Below, in pieces: positions 7,672 through 15,387 of a stretch of DNA of 32,000 nt. The stretch comes from an uncultured Nitrososphaerota archaeon (GTDB lineage Archaea > Korarchaeota > Korarchaeia > Korarchaeales > Korarchaeaceae). Made by a program: the position numbers and the translations under genes. The notes beneath the pieces are model-generated. The model worked only from the letters and a program-made list of their open reading frames with translations. It made no database searches and was not told the origin of the DNA. Location: the NCBI GenBank assembly GCA_964480775.1, contig CAYZRF010000001.1, positions 26,101 to 58,100 of the forward strand, given 5' to 3'. Numbering within the stretch: position 1 is the first letter of the stretch; each line of letters starts with the position of its first letter.

Positions 7672-8058
7672 TTACAAAACGATTCTGCTTGACATCACGT
7701 CGAAATCCTCATCAGTAAGCTCGAACTGGTGCTTCAACCTGGCATTTAAAACAGCATCAACGAAACCTTCTGAAGCATCCACCTCCATTTCCAAGAGCTT
7801 AGACAGCCTCAGCAGAATGGCGCTCTCTATCACCATGGCCCCGTCTCCAAACATAAGCTGGAGAGCTTCATGTAACAAGCTTGGATCATCTAGGAGATCC
7901 TTATAAGAAACCCCGAGAATCTCGGTCATTGAGTCTAAAACCTCATCAAACACGCTGTCTCTGAATATAGTCTTGAATGCCTCCTCTATAGCTCTGGCAA
8001 GGAGCCTGTTGAAGTCCTTTGTTAAGGACAGTTGATATACGTTCACATCCACCACCAC
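7672..8058 (-). CDS. Small conserved hypothetical protein, paralog of 14779..15144
   Basis: The 128-aa ORF starts at GTG. It aligns by eye with the 121-aa ORF at 14779..15144 through shared blocks: F-x-x-L...A-x-E...IF-x-D, FG-[DE]-x-G, ARLK-x-x-[FY]-[ED]-L-x-ED. Confidence 0.7.
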   Translation of the reverse strand: MVVDVNVYQLSLTKDFNRLLARAIEEAFKTIFRDSVFDEVLDSMTEILGVSYKDLLDDPSLLHEALQLMFGDGAMVIESAILLRLSKLLEMEVDASEGFVDAVLNARLKHQFELTDEDFDVMSSRIVL

Positions 8059-8073
8059 TTCATGGCATCGACC

Positions 8074-8109
8074 AATCAGTCGATTATGTATCTATAATCA
8101 ATCGATTAT
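8074..8109. repeat. Two 14-nt direct repeats with 22-nt periodicity in the promoter region of 7672..8058
   Basis: 'aatcagtcgattat' (8074-8087) and 'aatcaatcgattat' (8096-8109) differ at one position. The second contains the palindrome AATCGATT. They lie 16-51 nt upstream of the GTG at 8058. Confidence 0.45.
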
Positions 8110-8495
8110 ATTTATATTTTTCGTGGAACGGGCTGGAACAGAATGGAAAATCGTTATGGAACCATGATAAGCCATCTAAAATCTCTTAATTGCCTTAGTA
8201 CTCCTATAAGCCGTCTTTTTATTTTTCCATATTAGTGTACGTTTAAGCTCACACAAAGATGGATCGAAAGTACTACAGAGGAAAGCAAGGGGTGCTTTTG
8301 CGTGGATAATATTCGTCCTCTGACAAAATTATCAAAAGTTTTTCCTTTAATTTCTTAACTTATTGCTGCTTAAAAAGGAATTTAAGCGCTTATTAGCAAA
8401 TGATTGATGTTCCTTAGTGTTTCATGTCTAGGTTGGAACGAGGACCTATGTGTCCAGTCCGTAGGCACATCCATTTAGTGGTAGAAAATCAAAGG

Positions 8496-9068
8496 TCAGA
8501 GGTATCTGACCGCGCTAGCGTAGTTCATTGGAGTTATTGTGAGGGCAAACCTGACCAAATTATCCTGAAACTCATCCAGAATCTCTTCTGCCCCCTCTTG
8601 AGGTGGAGTTTCTTCCCTTTTCCCTACGGGAAATACGGTTCTGTGAATAAAGCGAAGATATCCCTTGTTGTCGTCAACCCTGATTATATGCCCTTTGTAC
8701 TTGAAAAAGTAAGCAAAGAGACCATGCCGTGAACGAAACGTCTTTATCCTCGGATATCCGAAGACATGAATCATCTTGTAAAGGAGCCTAGGGATCAGGG
8801 CAGGCCAATCGCAATTGAACCAAGGGTCATCTGAAACGCCAATATCTAGGTTTTTCTTCTTTAGTTCTTCAAAGTCCTCCTTTGTCATTATTTCAATTTC
8901 TTTTAAGAAACCCTTGAGCCATTCGGGTAAAAGATGATCGAAATTCTCAAGATAAACCTCCAACAAATAACCAGTAATGTGCTCTTCTTCCATTTCTTCA
9001 AGAATAACTTCCACCTCAGTGATCTTTCTCAAAACTATAACCCCCGATAGAACATAATTATCGAACAA
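8496..9068 (-). CDS. Hypothetical protein (190 aa or less)
   Basis: The long ORF has a composition like neighbouring genes (EEMEEEHITGYLLEVYLENF...). I recognised no motif. The start is uncertain: TTG at 9068 has no SD, and the alternatives are TTG at 9032 or ATG at 8993. Confidence 0.55.
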   Translation of the reverse strand: MFDNYVLSGVIVLRKITEVEVILEEMEEEHITGYLLEVYLENFDHLLPEWLKGFLKEIEIMTKEDFEELKKKNLDIGVSDDPWFNCDWPALIPRLLYKMIHVFGYPRIKTFRSRHGLFAYFFKYKGHIIRVDDNKGYLRFIHRTVFPVGKREETPPQEGAEEILDEFQDNLVRFALTITPMNYASAVRYL

Positions 9069-9290
9069 ATGAGAAGAGCAAGGTTAATTGTGACCTTAGA
9101 TATACCTCTTCCCATTATTCAATTAAATAATTGTATGGATAAAAATTATAGGGTTAATTTTTTAACAAGTGCATCCTCTGCACATCTTCAGTTTTGTAGT
9201 GAAAGGTAAAAAGCGGGGTAAATAGTCCTTCTCATTATCCAAAGGACTTCTCGCCCGCGCTGAAGTCTTCCTTATTGTCCGATAGCCAAC

Positions 9291-10244
9291 CTAAATTAAG
9301 ACTTCTTCTCCAGGAACCCTTGGGAATACCTGAACGTCCTTGATGTGCTTAGCTCCGACCAAGAACCTCAGAAATCTCTCAATTCCCAATCCAGCTCCTG
9401 CACTGGGCTTCAATAACCCGAGCTTTGCTATTTCTAGGAAGCTGCCATAGCTCTCTGGGGAAAGACCGTCCTTTTTAATCCTATTTACTATCCTTTCGTA
9501 CTCCCACTCCCTCTCTCCTCCTGATAGCCCCTCTCCAAAGCCCTCCGGGTATATCATGTCGTAGTTCCTGAAGTGACCTGGCCTATCTGAATCCTCTCTG
9601 TCATAGAACTCTCTTTTATGGTCTATCACCCAAAACGGATCTCTGTGCTCCCTGGAAGCTGGCAACTCCCAATCTTTTCCGTACTTTTCTTCCATTTCAT
9701 GCGTTGTGTATACCTTGAATGGTTTCTCAGGGACCTTTAGCTCTCTTCCAAACGATTCTAGGTCCTCTTTTCTCTTAGCCTTCACGGCCTTGATCGCTTC
9801 GATAACCAGGTCCTCCACAAGAGACATGATTTGTTCCATCGTTCCGTAGGCAACTTCAAAGTCCATCTGGGTGAACTCGAATAGGTGCTTTCCTGTCGAG
9901 CGTTTCTTCTCGTTCTCAAGCCTCACGTTTGGGGACATTATGTAGATCTTATCGATTCCAGTTAGCAATGCAAGCTGCTTGTGCAACAACATGCTTTGCG
10001 TGAGAACAAGCTCCTGATCACAGTATCTTATCTTCGGAACCGCTATAACCCCGCTTCCGGGATCCGGGGCCAAGGGATCTGTGAATTTCGAAGTTATAAC
10101 AGGCATTAGTTGAAGGAACCCCCTTGAGATCATGAAATCGTGGATTGTCTTCAGCATAGTGGTCTGGATCCTAATCAGCGGTAAAAAAAGGTCTGATTTC
10201 ATCCTCTCTATTACGTCCGTAACTTGAACTTGGGTTTTCATCAT
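9291..10244 (-). CDS. Class-II aaRS catalytic-core paralog without an anticodon-binding domain (archaeal asparagine synthetase A-like / AsnRS-AspRS-related)
   Basis: The 317-aa ORF has a motif-2-like block (SPNVRLENEKKRSTGKHLFEFTQMDFEV) and a motif-3-like block (GAGLGIERFLRFLVG). It has no N-terminal OB-fold domain. This architecture matches the asparagine synthetase described in Pyrococcus. Confidence 0.8.
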   Translation of the reverse strand: MMKTQVQVTDVIERMKSDLFLPLIRIQTTMLKTIHDFMISRGFLQLMPVITSKFTDPLAPDPGSGVIAVPKIRYCDQELVLTQSMLLHKQLALLTGIDKIYIMSPNVRLENEKKRSTGKHLFEFTQMDFEVAYGTMEQIMSLVEDLVIEAIKAVKAKRKEDLESFGRELKVPEKPFKVYTTHEMEEKYGKDWELPASREHRDPFWVIDHKREFYDREDSDRPGHFRNYDMIYPEGFGEGLSGGEREWEYERIVNRIKKDGLSPESYGSFLEIAKLGLLKPSAGAGLGIERFLRFLVGAKHIKDVQVFPRVPGEEVLI

Positions 10245-10616
10245 TGGTTAGAAGTGAGGAGCCGTCTTTTTAGGATTTTATCAAGAAATCTTGGGATTTT
10301 TACAAAATCGTTGGTTCATTTGGCCATTTTTTTGGGACATTTACATCTTCTTGAACTCTAATGACAAGGGGCTAACTATAATGCCTAAGTTGCTATTATC
10401 ATGTATAGTTCTTTGGTAGCTTATCTAAGACCAACTCAAATAGTATTATCGTAGTAGAACTCAAATCTTTGCTTAGGACCATATTTATCCAACACGCTCT
10501 CAAATTTACCGAAGTTAGTCTTTTGAATGCTGTTTTAGGGATCTTTTCAACGCTTGCAAAGTTTTCAGCGATACTGCTTAATAGGGCGTTGTCTTCATAG
10601 GATATATGATGAAAAA

Positions 10617-12386
10617 GTGACGAAATGGAAAATAATACTCACTCTACTTCTTAGTTTTATAATGCTGGCTACAGCTATGTTTTTCTACATTAAAGAAGAG
10701 TCCCCAAAGCCCACCGCCATCCCTACGACTACTCCCAAACCAACCAAAGAAGCTGCACCCGTACTCCCTCCTTGGGAAAGCTCTGGTCTATTTCTTCCGA
10801 TAGAAGCTCCGCCGGAAATCTTAAGGGATGCTTTCTTCAAAGCTCTAAGAAATCTAAACCTTAACGCCACTACCGAGGTTTTCACATTAGAAGTTCCACC
10901 CGTTGAGTACAGCGAAGAGGAGATTAGACAGATATTGAGTTACTACGTAAACTTCTCTCAGATAAGACCCATCGTAATTAACTGGTATCTCCCTGAAGAG
11001 GTAAGTGCTGAATACTCCAAGAGGCTTGTAAGAGTGATCTCATTTGAAAATCGCAACTTTTCCATTGTTTTTCGATGGAAAACCTTCCATCTCAATGAAT
11101 CAGTAGTTTCTTGCTTAATCAAGAGCAAAATTCCCTTGTATGTCTACAACCTCACAACATGGGTGGAAGCCAACAACCTGTCAAATTCTGAAATAAGTGA
11201 ACTGTCTTCACGGCTTAGTAAATGGGAAATCAAAACTTTCAATGCAACAACCCTATGGTCCAAGAGGCTATATGGGGAACCCATTGCTATCTCCACAAGC
11301 AACAGTAATCTGACCATCGTGACCCAAGGAGCATTCAAAGGCATTCATTATGAAGAGTTTGCGTACACCCTGGTTTACCGATTAGACAAGCACGGAAAAG
11401 TTGTTGGAAGAAAACTGTTCAACCAGACCTTTAGGGACGTAGTGATCACTGACAAGATATACTTGTTGGGAGACGATCTTTTAGCCCTTGATTTCAATGG
11501 AAGTGAGGTTTGGAAGCTGGAAGTAAATGTTGATATCCTCCTTCCATTAGAAGAAGGTGTTCTGGCCTTAAGTAAGGATCCTTTGACGATCTATTATATT
11601 TCCTCTACTGGAGAGATATTATGGCATGAAAGAGTCGCAGATTGGTGGTGGAACGGACGGCGAGAGATCCTTTATCTCAAGACTTTATCGAATAGAACAC
11701 TTGCTGTAGATATGAACGATGGAAGATTGTATCTGGCCAGAGGGAGAGTTGAAAGGATCAAGGTCAATAGGATCAGGGTTTCTACTGATACAATGCTGTC
11801 GTACTCTTATGAGAGTGTGAAGATGTCACAAGCTGGTAAAACAGTCTGGGTATGGCAAGTACCAAAGTGCAAGCGCTGTTGGGAGGCTTCTATAGCTGGA
11901 AAAGTCCTTGTGGACTCGGGTCGGGTGTTCCTTTCAACACTTGAGTACTATAATACCACAAGCGGTTGTAGCTGGAACAGACTAGTTTACTGCCTAAACC
12001 TTTCCAATGGAGAAGTACTGTGGGTCAGAGAAGTTCTTAGTAACTATCTGGATGTTACTGAACTAGTCGTCCACGACGAAAGGCTTTATGTCACAAGCGA
12101 CGGAATGCTGTATTGCTTCAGTTATGATGGAGATCTACTCTGGAACAAGAGCAATGGCCTGTTCGTTGACTTTAGCCCCCCTATTTTCTTCTACGATGAT
12201 ATCGTATGTTCTGGGGCCATCAGGTGTTTTCAAGATAATGGTAACTTCATTTGGGGGGCTAGGTGGCTTAGCGCCTTTGGATACATCAAAAAGTCTGAAG
12301 CTGGCGTCTATCTTATAGCAGATATGTGGCCTGATGCTGTTACCTACGTTTACCTGATAGAAACCAAACCAAAGGATGGATCGTAA
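10617..12386 (+). CDS. Membrane-anchored extracellular PQQ-like beta-propeller repeat protein
   Basis: The preferred GTG start at 10617 gives VTKWKIILTLLLSFIMLATAMFFYI (a TM anchor), then a Pro/Thr linker (PKPTAIPTTTPKPTKEAAP). Repeated G-x-[ILV]-[LI]-W motifs follow (GSEVWKLEV, GEILWHERV, GKTVWVWQV, GEVLWVREV, GDLLWNKS, GNFIWGARW). I count 14 N-x-S/T sequons by hand. Confidence 0.78.
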   Translation: MTKWKIILTLLLSFIMLATAMFFYIKEESPKPTAIPTTTPKPTKEAAPVLPPWESSGLFLPIEAPPEILRDAFFKALRNLNLNATTEVFTLEVPPVEYSEEEIRQILSYYVNFSQIRPIVINWYLPEEVSAEYSKRLVRVISFENRNFSIVFRWKTFHLNESVVSCLIKSKIPLYVYNLTTWVEANNLSNSEISELSSRLSKWEIKTFNATTLWSKRLYGEPIAISTSNSNLTIVTQGAFKGIHYEEFAYTLVYRLDKHGKVVGRKLFNQTFRDVVITDKIYLLGDDLLALDFNGSEVWKLEVNVDILLPLEEGVLALSKDPLTIYYISSTGEILWHERVADWWWNGRREILYLKTLSNRTLAVDMNDGRLYLARGRVERIKVNRIRVSTDTMLSYSYESVKMSQAGKTVWVWQVPKCKRCWEASIAGKVLVDSGRVFLSTLEYYNTTSGCSWNRLVYCLNLSNGEVLWVREVLSNYLDVTELVVHDERLYVTSDGMLYCFSYDGDLLWNKSNGLFVDFSPPIFFYDDIVCSGAIRCFQDNGNFIWGARWLSAFGYIKKSEAGVYLIADMWPDAVTYVYLIETKPKDGS

Positions 12387-12584
12387 GAAGAAATTATGTA
12401 AAACTATGTGAGAGCTTAGAACAAACGTTCTAATATAGATTGAAGCCCTAGCAACCACTCATCGTATGGGGAATAAGTTTCGTACCTTTAAGCTTCACAC
12501 CACAAATGATTCCAAACTCATTGATTTTGTGCTTCATTTAGAATGAATGGAGGGATATAATACGATAAATCTCACTGAATGATT

Positions 12585-13790
12585 TTATTCCACTTTCACC
12601 CCGAATTTGAACAATATTAAGCTTGCAAACAGGATAACCAACCCTATCACGAAATTGCTGTAAAGCCCAAAGGACTCAGCTACGTAAGCCGCTATTATCG
12701 GTGAGAGCGAACTTACAAGGTTCCCTGAGAGGAAGAACAGGGAGTAGCTCAAACCCCTGCGCTTAGTTGAGGAGAGTTTTGCAATTAATGCTGAGTTGGC
12801 TGGCATTCCTGCGATGTTAAAGAACCCATACGCAAGGTAAAGAGCCACGAATATCAGGGAATGCGGGACAAGAACTGCTATGGTGAAGAAGGTGTAAGCA
12901 GTTGCGTACGCCGTCAATATCCACCTCTTCTCCCCTAACTTCGAGGCCAGAAATCCGCCTAAAGGAGTGCCAACGATCCCCATCAAAGGGACGGATCCTA
13001 TTACTATTGCCGCTAGGTTTTCGCTGAGCTCAAGGGAGTCCACGAGGTAGATGGACATGAAGGTGCTTATGAGGCCTTGGCCGAGCCATCTTATTCCAAT
13101 GAATGCCAGAAAAATTACCAAGCTTATTGATATTAGATGAGCTCCTTCTACAGCTGTTGGTTCCTCCTTTTCGCTGTCCTCTGAGGTTGATCTTTCCCTT
13201 AAGTACTCCTCCTTTAGGAAGATTATGGAAATCAACCCTAAGATAATAGGTATAAGCCAGAAGAGGTAAACTTGCCTCCATCCGAAGGCTAAAGTGCCCA
13301 TTAGGATGCCAACGCTTATTGGACCTATCGACATGCCTATAGTTCCACCGACTGCGTGAATTCCCATGGCTTTGGGGACGTCTTCAGGCGGAAAGAGCTT
13401 GCTGTTAAGGCTGTAAGAGGGAGGATGGTAGATCGTTGAGTTTAGCGAAATCAAGCAGACGGCCAGTATTATCATGACCGCGCTATGTGCTTGGCTTGCT
13501 ATCGCAACCGCTATCGTTAAAACGCTCATGCTCATCAACATCATCTTCTTTGCGCCCATCTTATCTGAAAGTAAGCCTACAGGAATGGCCAGCAATGTAG
13601 AAAGTAGGGAAGGTAGGGAGGCTATTACTCCCATCTGCTTTAACGTTAGGTTGAGCTCTTCTGGTTTTCTCCAAATTGGGAAAAGAACAGAGTGAATTCT
13701 CTGGGTGCAGTGGGTCAAGAAGTGAGTCAGCACGAGTACAAACATGCTGAGGCTTAAGATTGATGCTCTTTTCTGCGACCTATCGCCCAT
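12585..13790 (-). CDS. MFS transporter (1 of 4)
   Basis: The 401-aa hydrophobic multi-span protein has a motif-A-like loop (GLLSDKMGAKKMM) and a second-half equivalent (GGFLASKLGEKRW). Confidence 0.88.
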   Translation of the reverse strand: MGDRSQKRASILSLSMFVLVLTHFLTHCTQRIHSVLFPIWRKPEELNLTLKQMGVIASLPSLLSTLLAIPVGLLSDKMGAKKMMLMSMSVLTIAVAIASQAHSAVMIILAVCLISLNSTIYHPPSYSLNSKLFPPEDVPKAMGIHAVGGTIGMSIGPISVGILMGTLAFGWRQVYLFWLIPIILGLISIIFLKEEYLRERSTSEDSEKEEPTAVEGAHLISISLVIFLAFIGIRWLGQGLISTFMSIYLVDSLELSENLAAIVIGSVPLMGIVGTPLGGFLASKLGEKRWILTAYATAYTFFTIAVLVPHSLIFVALYLAYGFFNIAGMPANSALIAKLSSTKRRGLSYSLFFLSGNLVSSLSPIIAAYVAESFGLYSNFVIGLVILFASLILFKFGVKVE

Positions 13791-13889
13791 CGCTATTCTT
13801 TCGGAAGGTGTTACTTTATTGAATAAAGTTTATTACTCACCCATTTTTGAGGATAGGCGCGTGGAATTTGAAATAGAGTAACTACTTAC

Positions 13890-14636
13890 TTATTGTTCTA
13901 TAAAGGCCCTTATTTCGCTGATTATGTGACTAATCAGGGCTTCAACAACAAGCTTACCCTTTTCAACAGATGCGAGAGTGGCATCGCCAAATACGCCAGA
14001 TGAAGAGTAGGCCCCAGCATCCATCCTGTTAGGATCCCTCGTTAGGCCATGTCCTCCCCTTGGATGGTAGTCCTTAACAGCTTTGCTCATGTCTACAACC
14101 TCTGGCCTTATGTAAAGCATCATCGAAGTTTCAATCTCATCTGCGTGGGTTCCACCTTCCTGCTCTGAGATCTCCTCCTCGACGCTGCTGCAAGCCCTCA
14201 ATATGTCGGTATACCTCATCTCTATCCCCAGCTCCCTTAGCTCCTCAGCGGCAAGCTTGAGTCCCTTGATCGTGGAAACCCCTGTGTTTAGCACGTAGAA
14301 CATCTTTACTCCATAACGGCTCATGGATATGCAGATGTCCTTCAACATCTCCTTGAAGGTCTCGAGCTTAAGGGAAACAGATCCGGGATACTCGAGAAAT
14401 GAGGGATAGTAGCCGTACTGGATCGTGGGCATAAGCACGACAGGTACTTCGTTCGCTACTCTCTCAGCCAAGTACTCAGCAAGGATCCAATCCGTGTTAA
14501 GGGGCATGTGAGGACCGTGCTCCTTCGTCCTAGCTCCCAGAGGAATAAGAACAACTTCATACTCCTTGAGAACCTCCTCAGCTTCAATCCAGGTTAAATT
14601 CTCTAATTTTACGCCTTTTCCCCTTTTATTTGGCAT
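13890..14636 (-). CDS. Creatininase-family metal-dependent amidohydrolase
   Basis: The family signature is LIPLGARTKEHGPHMPLNTDWILAEY, plus the later GTHADEIETS. The substrate cannot be inferred. The family includes creatininase, mycothiol-related amidases and the archaeal riboflavin-pathway deformylase ArfB. Confidence 0.85.
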   Translation of the reverse strand: MPNKRGKGVKLENLTWIEAEEVLKEYEVVLIPLGARTKEHGPHMPLNTDWILAEYLAERVANEVPVVLMPTIQYGYYPSFLEYPGSVSLKLETFKEMLKDICISMSRYGVKMFYVLNTGVSTIKGLKLAAEELRELGIEMRYTDILRACSSVEEEISEQEGGTHADEIETSMMLYIRPEVVDMSKAVKDYHPRGGHGLTRDPNRMDAGAYSSSGVFGDATLASVEKGKLVVEALISHIISEIRAFIEQ

Positions 14637-14778
14637 ATCCTATGACCTCAGTAACGTTTCATAGCTCCGCAATTTATTATTATGAATTAGAAAAAGCTAT
14701 TGCAGTAAATAGTTGAAAAAGGCACAAAGAGATCTCAAACCAAGGCTAGAGTACCTATCTTTGAAACATAACTACCGA

Positions 14779-15144
14779 CTAAGGGGAGATGTACATCAGC
14801 TTGTCCTCAGGCAAATCGTATTCGTACTTAAGGCGTGCCCTCATTACCGTCTCAGCAAAACTTCCTGAAAAAGAAACTCTTGTCCCCGTTAAATCGCAGA
14901 GCTTATTTATTATTGAGCACAATACTACCTTTGACCCATCTTCTCCAAAAAGGAGTTTCAAAGAATCAGCTAGTGCATCAGGGGATCTTATAAGCTCTTT
15001 TGGGAGCATCCCCTTGATCTCGCACATTAGGGAGATTATAGCATCGTGAGCAACGTCGCCGAATATATTCTTTAGAGTTGATTCTACCGCCTCGACGTAT
15101 AGCTCGTCAAATCCCCTCCTTCTGCTCCTAGGAGGTCCGTGCAC
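14779..15144 (-). CDS. Small conserved hypothetical protein, paralog of 7672..8058
   Basis: The 121-aa ORF starts at GTG in the same 8-nt context (ATGAAGTG) as the paralog. Shared blocks include NIFGD, LLFGEDG and RARLKYEYDLPED. Confidence 0.7.
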   Translation of the reverse strand: MHGPPRSRRRGFDELYVEAVESTLKNIFGDVAHDAIISLMCEIKGMLPKELIRSPDALADSLKLLFGEDGSKVVLCSIINKLCDLTGTRVSFSGSFAETVMRARLKYEYDLPEDKLMYISP

Positions 15145-15160
15145 TTCATATGTTTATCGT

Positions 15161-15191
15161 CCTTGTGGAATAAATAGTTAACGTTACAAGG
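15161..15191 (-). promoter_or_regulatory. Inverted repeat bracketing a TATA-like box upstream of 14779..15144
   Basis: CCTTGT (15161-15166) and ACAAGG (15186-15191) flank 'ggaataaatagttaacgtt' (minus strand: aacgttaactatttattcc). The TATA-like core lies about 27 nt upstream of the GTG at 15144, suggesting a near-leaderless arrangement. Confidence 0.35.
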
Positions 15192-15387
15192 CGTTTCATT
15201 CTCATTCAATTTCGTTCTAAACCTTCCCAAATTGAAATTTTTCTAATATCACAGAACTAAATATGGAAAGCATCTTGGTTTCCTATTGCTTTTCTATTAA
15301 GAGAAAAACTGGATAAGGAAAAGAAGTCTACTTGTATGTCTTAAGCTTGGCTGCTGTAAAAATTCCATGGACTAAAAGCTCAAGGGC

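Noticed and set aside
8424-8732. Plus-strand 102-aa ORF overlapping the 3' end of the 190-aa gene.
   Set aside because: Its composition (Cys/Pro/Arg/Trp/Phe-rich) is atypical and it has no SD. The minus-strand ORF is longer and compositionally coherent. Neither has homology support that I can see, so this remains a judgement call.
12088-12458. ORFs 12088..12318 (+) and 12135..12458 (-), overlapping the 3' end of the beta-propeller gene.
   Set aside because: They are alternative-frame or antisense ORFs inside a gene with a clear repeat structure, and they have no independent signals.
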